Source: an uncultured Spirochaetaceae bacterium (lineage in GTDB: Bacteria > Spirochaetota > Spirochaetia > DTKZ01). From it: 64,000 nt of DNA. The translations under genes were made by a program, and so were the position numbers. The DNA lies in NCBI GenBank assembly GCA_964397655.1, contig CAYNKA010000003.1, forward strand, positions 240,938-304,937, given 5' to 3'. The notes under the pieces are model-generated. The model was not told where the DNA came from. It made no database searches and was given only the letters and a program-made list of their open reading frames with translations. Positions 45,999-54,754 of this stretch are shown here, piece after piece (position 1 is the stretch's first letter; the number at the start of each line of letters is the position of its first letter).

Positions 45999-46988
45999 AT
46001 GGAAACGCAGATCGGTTTCGCTACCGAGGCCGAGGTCGCGGCCGCGAACGAAACAGCCGGACGAATCCTCGAAGGAATGCGGGAGGTCATCCGGGGAAAG
46101 GACGAGTTCCTCACCCTCCTCCTCGCGGGGCTGTTCGCGGGCGGCCACGTTCTCGTCGAGGATCTTCCCGGCCTCGGGAAGACCACGGTGGCAAAGACCC
46201 TCGCCGCACTCATCGCGGGCGACGCCGAGGGCGACGAGCGGTTCTTCCGCCGCATCCAGTGCACTCCCGACCTGCTTCCCTACGACATCACCGGCGTGGA
46301 CGTGTTCGATCCGGAATCGAGGAACTTCGAATTCCGGCCGGGCCCGGTCTTCGCGCACGTCCTGCTCGCGGACGAGATCAACCGCACGACGCCGAAGGTC
46401 CAGTCCGCGCTCCTCGAGGTCATGGCCGAGAGGCAGGTCACGGTCGGCCTCAGGACCCGCGTCCTCGAGCGGCCTTTCTTCGTCATTGCAACGCAGAACC
46501 CGGTCGAAACGGAGGGGACGTACGCCCTGCCACTCGCCCAGGCGGACCGTTTCCTCATGCGCCTCTCCATAGGGTATCCGGACGCCGAAGCGGAATTCTC
46601 CATCGTGACCGACGACCCTTCCTCCACCCGGATGCCGGAAATTCGGCCGGTCTGCGGAAGGGAGGAAATCCTCGCGGCCCAGGACCTCGTGCCCAGGATC
46701 TACTGCGACGAGAAGCTCGTACGGGCGGTCATCGCTGCGGCGAACGCGAGCAGGACCCACCGCGGCGTGCTCTACGGAGTGTCGCCGAGGGGAAGCCTCA
46801 TGCTGGTCCGTGCGGGCCGCGCCCTCGCGCTGCTCAGGGGCAGGTCCTACGTCACCGACCAGGACCTCGTGGACGCCGCCCCGGCTGTGCTCGCCCACAG
46901 AATGAAGCTCAAGGACGCGAAGCTCTCCCCGGTCGAGCTCGGCCGGGACATCGTTCTCGGCGCCGTCGCCTCGGCGGACGGCGGCTGA
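45999..46988 (+). CDS. MoxR-family AAA+ ATPase
   Basis: GHVLVEDLPGLGKTTVAKTLA Walker A, LLADEINR Walker B, conserved MoxR C-terminus. Confidence 0.88.
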   Translation: METQIGFATEAEVAAANETAGRILEGMREVIRGKDEFLTLLLAGLFAGGHVLVEDLPGLGKTTVAKTLAALIAGDAEGDERFFRRIQCTPDLLPYDITGVDVFDPESRNFEFRPGPVFAHVLLADEINRTTPKVQSALLEVMAERQVTVGLRTRVLERPFFVIATQNPVETEGTYALPLAQADRFLMRLSIGYPDAEAEFSIVTDDPSSTRMPEIRPVCGREEILAAQDLVPRIYCDEKLVRAVIAAANASRTHRGVLYGVSPRGSLMLVRAGRALALLRGRSYVTDQDLVDAAPAVLAHRMKLKDAKLSPVELGRDIVLGAVASADGG

Positions 46989-46990
46989 GC

Positions 46991-48304
46991 ATGCGGAGTC
47001 CGGGACGGAGATTCCCGCCCTTCCTCACTCCGAGGGGTTCGGTTTTTCTTCTCGCCTCCCTCGCCGCCTCGGCTGCCGGCGTCCATCGCGCCGAGCTCGC
47101 CTCGCTCTTCTGGGGCGCGGCGACCCTGTTCCTCGCGCTCGTTTCCTGGATCTCGGTCGCTGCATCCTCGGGCCGCCTCGCAAGACTCCTCTCCTCGGGC
47201 CGCCTCGAAATCGATCTCTCGCTTCCGGCCGCGGCGGCCTACCCCGGAGCCGAATTGAAGGGGCGCCTCACGGCGAACCGGCCCCGCCTCCTCCCCTGGC
47301 TCGAAACCGTATATCTCCTCGACCTCGAGAACCGCGAAGGGAACCGTTTCCGAACCGCCGTTCGTTTGGATCCGGGAGAACCCGAGGCCGCATTCACCGC
47401 GCGGGCTCCGAGAAGGGGCGAGTACTCGGGCCCCTCGGGTTTCCTCGCGGTCCGGGACCGCTTCGGCTTCGCCGAGCGGATGATCCGGATGCCGGGGGAG
47501 ACCCGCTTCACGGTCTATCCGAGTCCCGCCGAAGAGGCCGTGGAGTACGGAGCCTCCGAGGGCGGCGCGCGGAACCGGGAGAAAGCGGAGAAGCGCAGGA
47601 CCGACGAGTTCCTGGAAACGAGGAAGTACGTCCCCGGCGACGACACGAGGAGGATCGATTGGAAGCTCTACGCCCACGGCGACGAGCTCATGCTCAGGAT
47701 CGGGGAGGAGTCTCCTCCCCCGGAGGCGCTCACGCTCATGGTCCTCGTCACGTCGGCGGACCCGGGCCTCGTGCCGCGGCGGCTCGTCCCGGACGCCCTC
47801 GACAGGATGGCGGGAGTCGCCGCGAGGCTCGTCATCGAGCTCACGGAACGCGGGAAGACGGTGGTCCTCGCCGCCGAAGGCTCGAGAGAACCCGCCTCGG
47901 CGGAGCCGGGGAAGATCGAAGCGGCCCTCGCCTGCCTCGCGGGCATGACCTCGGGAAACGAGGCCGGTTCGTTCCGCGGGCTACCCGATCCGGCCTCCGT
48001 GGGGGGAACCCTGGTCCTCGCCTTCCCCGGATCGCCCGGTCTCCGCCCCCTTCTCCGCGAGCTCCGGGACCGGCCGGGCGGGAGCAGGCTCATCCTCGTC
48101 GACCCGGCTGCCGGACTTCCCGAGCCGTCGATTCGGCATCCGATCGAAAGGATCCTCTTCCTCCCCGCCGAGAAATCGAACGAAGAATCGTGGAGCCGCG
48201 CAAACCGTGAGGCGCTCGCCGAAGCCCTGAGACTGCGCGCAGAAGAGGACAGGAGGCTTTCCTCGGACCCTTCGTGGAGGATCGAACATGCTGTCGTCGT
48301 CTAG
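46991..48304 (+). CDS. DUF58 domain protein (MoxR partner)
   Basis: RKYVPGDDTRRIDWK motif. Begins 3 nt after the MoxR stop. Confidence 0.8.
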   Translation: MRSPGRRFPPFLTPRGSVFLLASLAASAAGVHRAELASLFWGAATLFLALVSWISVAASSGRLARLLSSGRLEIDLSLPAAAAYPGAELKGRLTANRPRLLPWLETVYLLDLENREGNRFRTAVRLDPGEPEAAFTARAPRRGEYSGPSGFLAVRDRFGFAERMIRMPGETRFTVYPSPAEEAVEYGASEGGARNREKAEKRRTDEFLETRKYVPGDDTRRIDWKLYAHGDELMLRIGEESPPPEALTLMVLVTSADPGLVPRRLVPDALDRMAGVAARLVIELTERGKTVVLAAEGSREPASAEPGKIEAALACLAGMTSGNEAGSFRGLPDPASVGGTLVLAFPGSPGLRPLLRELRDRPGGSRLILVDPAAGLPEPSIRHPIERILFLPAEKSNEESWSRANREALAEALRLRAEEDRRLSSDPSWRIEHAVVV

Positions 48305-50435
48305 GCCGGGGAGGCCTCGGACGGTCTGCGTGCTCCGCGGCCTCGCCCTCCTTTTCCTCGCGGTGAACTACGCGCTCTACTTCAGGGACTCGCTCTTCGT
48401 CCCGGCGGCCGGGACCGCATGGCTTCTCGGCCTTGCGTCCGCCTTTCTCCTCGACCGCTCCGGGCTCCGCCTTCCCTTCGCCTTCGGCTGCGTCGCGATC
48501 CTGACCTTCCTCCTCCGCGAGGCGGGCCTGGCCGCGATCCGCGTTTCCGGCGTCTTCGCTGGGACCGAGGCCGCCGACCTCGCCGCTCTCGCCTTCGACC
48601 GGCATTGGTGGCTTCTCGTCCCGGTCTTCGCGGTCACGGCGGTCCTCACCCTGCTCCATCACCGTATCGCGGCCTACAGGCGCACGGAGGCAGCGGTCCA
48701 GGGCGGGCTCCTCGTCGCCGTGTTCTGGGCCCAGGGAGGCTTCGGGAACACCCTCTACCCGCATCCTCTGTTCTTCGCCCTCTCGGTTTCCGCCTTCATC
48801 CTCCTCGAAATCTTCCGGCTCTACGCCGACGGACCCACGGGCCTTCCCGGATGCACTGAACCGGTCCGCGGAGGCGGGGCGCGGCGTAACCGATGGCCCG
48901 CGTCCCTGGTTCCCCTCGCGCTCGCCCTGGGGCTTCTCCTGTCCTGGATCTTCGGCCGCTACGGCGAGGCCGCCGTCTCGGCCGGCGGGGGGCTCCTGAA
49001 ACCGAGCCTCTTCAGGTTCGACTTCTCGAATTACCTCACCCTGGAGAGCGAGATCCGGCAGACGAGGGACCTGGTCCTTCTCTACCGCAGGGACAGGCCC
49101 ATCGACAGGCACCTGCTCCGCCGCTTCGTCCTGGACGGCTACCGCCCGGGAACGGGCTTCTTCCTCGACCCGAAGAATCCCCTGGGCAACGCCGCGGAGA
49201 CGGTGCCGGACCATCGGGCGGTCTTGCCGCTCCGGGAGACCGAGGGCAGGGACAGGATCGGCCAGGAGCTCTACCTCGTAAACCTCGATCCCGCTGCTCT
49301 GCTCTCGGTCGATTATCCGGTCGAGACACGGCCCGTACGGAACTGGAAGAAATCCTCCTTCGTCAGGATCTACCGGGCCGAGGCCATGGCGAGCTACATC
49401 CTGCCTTTCGAGCTCGCCGACGCGAAGGGGCCCGGAATGAGTCCGGAGCTCCTCGAGTACTACACGAGGTACGGCGGAGACGAGAAAATCAGGGCCCTCG
49501 CCCTGAAGATCGTCGGCAGGCTGCCGGGCTACTACGACCGGGTTCAGGTCATCCACGACCACCTCAAGTACGAGTACCGCTATTCCCTCAGGCCAGGCGT
49601 CGCGGCCGACGGGAACCAGCTCGACCACTTCCTCTTCGGCTCGAAGAAGGGCTACTGCTCCTATTTCGCCTTCTCCATGGCCCTTCTCTGCCGGAGCCTC
49701 GGCATACCCGCGAGGGTGGCGGTGGGCTTCTTTCTCGATCCGCAGTCGGAACTCCTGGGCTTCCATCCGGTCCGCGCCGACATGGCCCACGCCTGGGTGG
49801 AGGTGTACTTCGGCAGGTACGGCTGGATCGATTTCGACCCGACCTCGGAGACTCCGGCTCCGGGCGAGGAGTACGCCCAGGCGCCGGGATTCGACAAGGA
49901 CAAACTCGCCTCCCTCCTGGAGGAGATCATCGCGAACAGGATCGGGGCCGAGGAGGAGAAAACCGAGCCTCCGCCCGAATCGACGGCGGGACGGGACGGC
50001 GCCGGCGGGCTCCTCGCCGCCCTGAAACGTATCCTCGACCTCTGGCCCGCCGTCGCGGCGGCCGCGGCGCTCGCCCTCTATCTCGGGCTCCGGTTCTCCG
50101 ACGCGGCCGCCGCCCGCCTTTCCCGCTCGCCGCGCCGGAGAACGACGGCCGCATTCCGCGCCCTGCTCCGGGACCTCGCCGCCCTCGGCACGCGGAAACG
50201 GAAGACCGAGTCGCTTCCCGAATTCGTCGTCCGCGCCGGAAAGGAGCTCGGCGTCCCTCTCGATGCCGCGCTCGAGCTCATCCAGAAGGCTCGCTTCGAC
50301 CGGGACTTCACGGCCGAGGACGAGGATCGTTTCCGGTCGGAACTCCGGCGGGTCCGCGCGGCGTCGAGGTCCGCGCGGCCGACGTCCTACCGGCTCCGGT
50401 ACCTTCACCCGCGGGGTCTCGGGAGGCTGCCGTGA
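48288..50435 (+). CDS. Membrane protein with a transglutaminase-like cysteine protease domain
   Basis: N-terminal TM helices, then GYCSYFAFSMALLCR...HAWVEVY...IDFDPT (Cys-His-Asp). Confidence 0.8.
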   Translation: MLSSSRPGRPRTVCVLRGLALLFLAVNYALYFRDSLFVPAAGTAWLLGLASAFLLDRSGLRLPFAFGCVAILTFLLREAGLAAIRVSGVFAGTEAADLAALAFDRHWWLLVPVFAVTAVLTLLHHRIAAYRRTEAAVQGGLLVAVFWAQGGFGNTLYPHPLFFALSVSAFILLEIFRLYADGPTGLPGCTEPVRGGGARRNRWPASLVPLALALGLLLSWIFGRYGEAAVSAGGGLLKPSLFRFDFSNYLTLESEIRQTRDLVLLYRRDRPIDRHLLRRFVLDGYRPGTGFFLDPKNPLGNAAETVPDHRAVLPLRETEGRDRIGQELYLVNLDPAALLSVDYPVETRPVRNWKKSSFVRIYRAEAMASYILPFELADAKGPGMSPELLEYYTRYGGDEKIRALALKIVGRLPGYYDRVQVIHDHLKYEYRYSLRPGVAADGNQLDHFLFGSKKGYCSYFAFSMALLCRSLGIPARVAVGFFLDPQSELLGFHPVRADMAHAWVEVYFGRYGWIDFDPTSETPAPGEEYAQAPGFDKDKLASLLEEIIANRIGAEEEKTEPPPESTAGRDGAGGLLAALKRILDLWPAVAAAAALALYLGLRFSDAAAARLSRSPRRRTTAAFRALLRDLAALGTRKRKTESLPEFVVRAGKELGVPLDAALELIQKARFDRDFTAEDEDRFRSELRRVRAASRSARPTSYRLRYLHPRGLGRLP

Positions 50436-52240
50436 GAACGAACCTCCCGCGCCTCCCGGGAAGATCCGCCCCCGCCGCGGCGATCGTCCTCCCCTTCGTC
50501 CTCGCCCTCCTCCTTCCCTCCCCGATCCTGGCCCAGGGCTCGGTCAAGGACGTACTCGCGGAGGCGAAGGAGGCGATTTCCGCCGAGCGCTACGACCTCG
50601 CGCTCGAGGCCCTCAAGAAGGGCAAGGACAGGTTCCCCGGCTCTCCCGACATCCTTCGGAGCCTCGGCGACCTCTACTACGACAAGGAGCTCTATTCCCT
50701 GGCGCTCAAGGAATACCGGGAGGCCGAACCCTTCGAGCCGGGAAACGCCTCTCTCCTGGACAAGCTCGCCGTCACCTACGGACACCTCAACCAGGAAAAG
50801 ACCGCCGCGGAGTACTACGAGCGCATCCACGCGCTCTATCCGAACGACAAGGACGCGGTGACCGACCTCGCCTGGATGTACTTCAAGACGCACCAGCTGG
50901 AAAAGGGCGAAAAGCTCCTCCTCGAGGCGATCGGCAAATTCGGCATGAACCGCCGCTTCGCCATGACCCTGGGCACGATCTACGCCGACCTCTACGACTA
51001 CGAGCGGGCGCGGAAGTACTACCGGACCTCCATCGAGGCGGCGCTCAAGGACAAGGAGTTCCGTTTCGCCTCGGTCGCGTACTACAATCTCTCGCTCCTG
51101 GAAAAGAGCTTCTACAAGTACAATTCCGCCATGGACGCCACGAACCGCGCCCTCTTCTACGAAGACCGCGCGCCCGGCCATCTCGCGAAGGGGGAGCTCC
51201 ACGAAAGCTCCATGGATTTCGCCCGGGCCCACGACGAATACCGCAAGGCGGACCTCCAGGACTCAACGCCCCTCGCGCGGATCAACCTCGCGGTCCTCTA
51301 CCAGCGGTTCGGCCTCCTCGACGAGGCGCTCGCCTACGCGAAGCGGATCCTTGAAAAGAAGGACTACTCCTGGATGTTCTACTTCGGGACGAATCGGGAC
51401 CGCTTCCTCATGGACCTGCACAAGCTCCTAGCGGACACCTACCGAGGCCTCATGAACCTCGAAGGCATGAGACCGGAGCCCGCCGTCGCGGCGAAGCTCG
51501 CCTCCGCCGCGAGGTCCATCGGATACCGCATCCTCTCCCGCTATCACCTCTTCCAGTACCGCAGGTACGCGGACGTGGTGGGCAGGAACTACCTCGAGAA
51601 GAGGAATTTCCTCAACGCCTGGTTCACCCTGAGCCTCGCGAACCGCGACTTCCCGGACACCGCCCTCCGCTACCTGGCGAAGGCGAAGGAGATCGAGACC
51701 GCCATAACACCGGAAGCCGCGCGGTTCTACCTCCTGGAGGAAGGGAAGATCCGTCGCGACCCGGACCTCATCGAAAAGGCCATGAAGGAGTTCGTCGTCC
51801 CGTGGGAGAAGGAGAACATCGAGGAATCCCTCCGCCACCTCGTGCCGGAGCTCGCCCGGGCGGGAAGGGAAAGGGACCGGCGCGAGGCCCTCCTCAGGCT
51901 CTACGAGATCAATCCGGGCGCCCTTCGGCAGAACGGCTTCAGGCTTCCGGTCCGCCTCGCGACGGCCGGCCTCGCCGAGACGAAGGAGAGGCTGGAAGCC
52001 TACCTCGAGGAAGCCGGCTTCGAGCGGCCCGGCGAGGGGACCGAGGCCGGCCTCCCCCTGCTCTCGGTGAAGGTATCGGACTCGGGTTCGGTAACGTGGA
52101 CCCTGGAAGGAGGCAGCCTCGCGCGGAACCACGCCGCCCGAGAGCGGATCGAGCTCGCGGGCACGGGGCGGAAGGAGCTCGCGGAATGCGCGGAGAAGAT
52201 AGCGATGGACGTGTTCGGGGTCAGAACGTCTCCGAGGTGA
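50432..52240 (+). CDS. Secreted TPR-repeat protein
   Basis: GTG start with GGGAGG RBS and a GTGA overlap with the transglutaminase gene. Signal peptide, then multiple TPR units. Confidence 0.75.
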   Translation: MRTNLPRLPGRSAPAAAIVLPFVLALLLPSPILAQGSVKDVLAEAKEAISAERYDLALEALKKGKDRFPGSPDILRSLGDLYYDKELYSLALKEYREAEPFEPGNASLLDKLAVTYGHLNQEKTAAEYYERIHALYPNDKDAVTDLAWMYFKTHQLEKGEKLLLEAIGKFGMNRRFAMTLGTIYADLYDYERARKYYRTSIEAALKDKEFRFASVAYYNLSLLEKSFYKYNSAMDATNRALFYEDRAPGHLAKGELHESSMDFARAHDEYRKADLQDSTPLARINLAVLYQRFGLLDEALAYAKRILEKKDYSWMFYFGTNRDRFLMDLHKLLADTYRGLMNLEGMRPEPAVAAKLASAARSIGYRILSRYHLFQYRRYADVVGRNYLEKRNFLNAWFTLSLANRDFPDTALRYLAKAKEIETAITPEAARFYLLEEGKIRRDPDLIEKAMKEFVVPWEKENIEESLRHLVPELARAGRERDRREALLRLYEINPGALRQNGFRLPVRLATAGLAETKERLEAYLEEAGFERPGEGTEAGLPLLSVKVSDSGSVTWTLEGGSLARNHAARERIELAGTGRKELAECAEKIAMDVFGVRTSPR

Positions 52241-52508
52241 TCTGGACGTCCTGGATCCTGCCCGGGATCTGGTCTTCCACGAAGGCGAGAACCTTCTGCA
52301 TCGTGCTTTCCCCGAAGCTCCTGGAGTTGGAAACGAAGGCTCCGCCGATCTGGGAGAAGCTGAGCGAATCCTGAAGGTCAACCTCGGCGGCGGACATCTT
52401 GAATTTCTTCTGGAGCCTGTCCTTGAGGGAATTGACGATCCGCCTCTTGTCTTTGATGGATCCCACGTCGGGGATCTCGATGATGAGCTGTATCATGGAA
52501 ACGACCAT
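52221..52508 (-). CDS. DUF503 (YlxP-like) family protein
   Basis: MVVSMIQLIIEIPDVGSIKDKRRIVNSL is the canonical N-terminus of the family. Confidence 0.75.
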   Translation of the reverse strand: MVVSMIQLIIEIPDVGSIKDKRRIVNSLKDRLQKKFKMSAAEVDLQDSLSFSQIGGAFVSNSRSFGESTMQKVLAFVEDQIPGRIQDVQITSETF

Positions 52509-52513
52509 AGGCC

Positions 52514-53623
52514 TCACCCTTTCTTAAGCAGGTCCCCGAAATCCTCCACCTTGAGTTCCAGTCCCTGGGGAGACTCCGCCTGGACGGTCCTGCACTTCAG
52601 CGGGAGGAATTCCTCGTTGTACCGGTCGGCGAGGCGGTATACGTCGTCGTCGCGGAACCGCTTCGGGATCTTCGCCTCCAGGTTGTATCCCGGCTCGGTG
52701 AAGCCGCGGTACATGACGTGAATGGGATCCGTGACCGTGAGGGCGAAATGCGGGCTGTAGTAGAGCAGGATGACCGAGAGCAGGACGACGATGACGACCA
52801 GGTACGTGAGGCTGTCCCGCGACTGCTGGGCCGCCACTGGGCGCAGATCGAAAAAGAACTCGAGGGATCCTTCCTTGAGGTACGAGTAGTCGGGCAGGCC
52901 GAAGTTCTTGGCGTAATAGGCCGAATCGAACCGGGAAAAAAGGACCTTCCCGTCCTGTTTCACGAGGAGGAGGCCCGGTTCGATTCCGGCGAGCGTCTTG
53001 ATCCCCTCGGTCCTGCGGTCATCCGAAAGCCGGACGACGGCGTCGGCGGTCGCCGCGTAACGCTCCTCGGTCATTCCTTCGAGGAAACGGCCGCCGGCCA
53101 GCGACTGCACCGCCTGGAAGCCGAGCAGCGAAAAGACGAAGACCGTGACGGAGACTCCGGCTATCTTCGCGATATGGCGTTGGGCCATGACGGATTCCGC
53201 GTTCTTGATCTGCCGAAAAATCTTCAGGACGCGGAGCATCCTGAGTATCCTGGCGATCCTCACGGCCTTGATGACCTTGAGCACGTTGAGGCCGCCGCCG
53301 AAGGCAGCGACGCCGACTCCCGCCGCGAGGCCGAAAACCGCGGGGCCCGAATTGAAGACCGCGAGCGGGACGGATGCGAGAAAGTCGACCCAGCCCCGCT
53401 CGTGCACGATGTATTCCACCGTCTTCCGGTTGATCGCGGCGGCGTAGAGCCGGACGAAGAATTCGCCGGTGAAAAACATGTCGAAGCAGAACCCGCTCAC
53501 GAGCAGGACCCGGCGGACCGGCCACGACCAGCCGGCGACGACCGAGAAGTCGTCCAGAAAGGTCTGGACGATCACGAGCACGATGGCGGTCAATACCAGG
53601 TTCTCCCAAAAGGATTTTCTCAT
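52514..53623 (-). CDS. Ion-transport-family membrane protein with a voltage-sensor-like S4 helix and a soluble C-terminal domain
   Basis: VIKAVRIARILRMLRVLKIFRQIK has R/K at every third position. Several TM helices precede it and about 170 aa of unknown function follow. Confidence 0.6.
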   Translation of the reverse strand: MRKSFWENLVLTAIVLVIVQTFLDDFSVVAGWSWPVRRVLLVSGFCFDMFFTGEFFVRLYAAAINRKTVEYIVHERGWVDFLASVPLAVFNSGPAVFGLAAGVGVAAFGGGLNVLKVIKAVRIARILRMLRVLKIFRQIKNAESVMAQRHIAKIAGVSVTVFVFSLLGFQAVQSLAGGRFLEGMTEERYAATADAVVRLSDDRRTEGIKTLAGIEPGLLLVKQDGKVLFSRFDSAYYAKNFGLPDYSYLKEGSLEFFFDLRPVAAQQSRDSLTYLVVIVVLLSVILLYYSPHFALTVTDPIHVMYRGFTEPGYNLEAKIPKRFRDDDVYRLADRYNEEFLPLKCRTVQAESPQGLELKVEDFGDLLKKG

Positions 53624-53639
53624 GTTCCCACCTCGCGGT

Positions 53640-54569
53640 TCACCAGCCGTTTTCCGCTGCGATTTTATAGAGCTCTTCCAGCATTTTCTCGTCGAACCCG
53701 AAGAAGCGGGCGTTCTTCCTCGCCACGCTGAACCAGCTCTTGTCGGGCGTATCCGCGCCCCGGTCCACTTTGACGTTCGCCTTGTAGTTCCTGTAACGGG
53801 CGGAGAAGATCGCCGCCAGGCGGGAGGTCGCCTCGATGTAGCGGTTTTCCGAGAACGACATGTTCGCGTGCACCGCGCTCTCCAGCACCTGTTCGGGCAG
53901 GGTCGAGAGCTTCGCCTTGAGTATCCGCTCGGCCTTGTCCGCGAACGCGCCTTGGATCACGCCGGAAAGACGATCGGTGTAGTTCGATACGGCGTCCGCC
54001 CCGGCGGCGTACACCGCGGCCCTGAGGAGCAGGGTCATGGAGAGGAGGCCCTTGATCTCGTCCTTGCTCATGCGGAGCCTCTGAACCTTGGCGAGCTCGA
54101 AATGGATGTAGGCTTTCCGTTCGAAGATCTTGTCGAGGTAGCGGTCCACCGCCCGATACCGGAGAGCCGTATACGGACCGGTGAAGCTCCTCCTCGTTTC
54201 GGATTGCCGCAGGAGCGCGAGCAGGAACCTCAACACCTCCTCCTTAACCTTGCCTTCCGGAGCAGCCTGCCTGCCGAGGAAAGGAAGGAAGGAAAGCGAG
54301 ATGTCTTCGGTGACGATCCTGTCGAGATCCGCCTCCATTTCCCTGCCGACGATGTCCTGGAGGGCCTGGAGGAGATGGACGAGGATCTGATTCCAGCTCT
54401 TCCCCGCGAAGAACGCCGGCGAGGAAAGCGTCGGAAGAAGCTGTCCGGAATTCACGGACAGGAACTGGATGACCTGTTCTTCCTTCTGGAGAGAGGTGAA
54501 ATCATTCATCGCAGGATTGCAGAGAAGCCGCGAAACGAAGGCCGCAGCCTTGTCCAGATCGTTGCTCAT
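53640..54569 (-). CDS. Hypothetical protein (309 aa), helical, no recognisable domain
   Basis: Long ORF matching the gene spacing of the operon; only weak compositional evidence. Confidence 0.5.
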   Translation of the reverse strand: MSNDLDKAAAFVSRLLCNPAMNDFTSLQKEEQVIQFLSVNSGQLLPTLSSPAFFAGKSWNQILVHLLQALQDIVGREMEADLDRIVTEDISLSFLPFLGRQAAPEGKVKEEVLRFLLALLRQSETRRSFTGPYTALRYRAVDRYLDKIFERKAYIHFELAKVQRLRMSKDEIKGLLSMTLLLRAAVYAAGADAVSNYTDRLSGVIQGAFADKAERILKAKLSTLPEQVLESAVHANMSFSENRYIEATSRLAAIFSARYRNYKANVKVDRGADTPDKSWFSVARKNARFFGFDEKMLEELYKIAAENGW

Positions 54570-54754
54570 GACGACATCCGCACCTTGGGCTTTTTTTCCG
54601 CCGGAGGCGGTGTACCCATTTTCTTATGAATTCCCGATTTCAGCAAGGGGAAAACGGGGTCGAAGCGAATAAATCTCTCGAGCGCGCATTTCCGGCGTTC
54701 CCGACGTTTCCCGCTCGATAAAATTCCGAATTCCAGCTATATAATATAGGCAAC

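Noticed and set aside
54741-54746. TATAAT box 8 nt upstream of the GTG start of the 1621-aa gene
   Set aside because: It would give a leaderless GTG-initiated mRNA, which is implausible. It is likely a fortuitous AT-rich match, and the real promoter and start remain uncertain.
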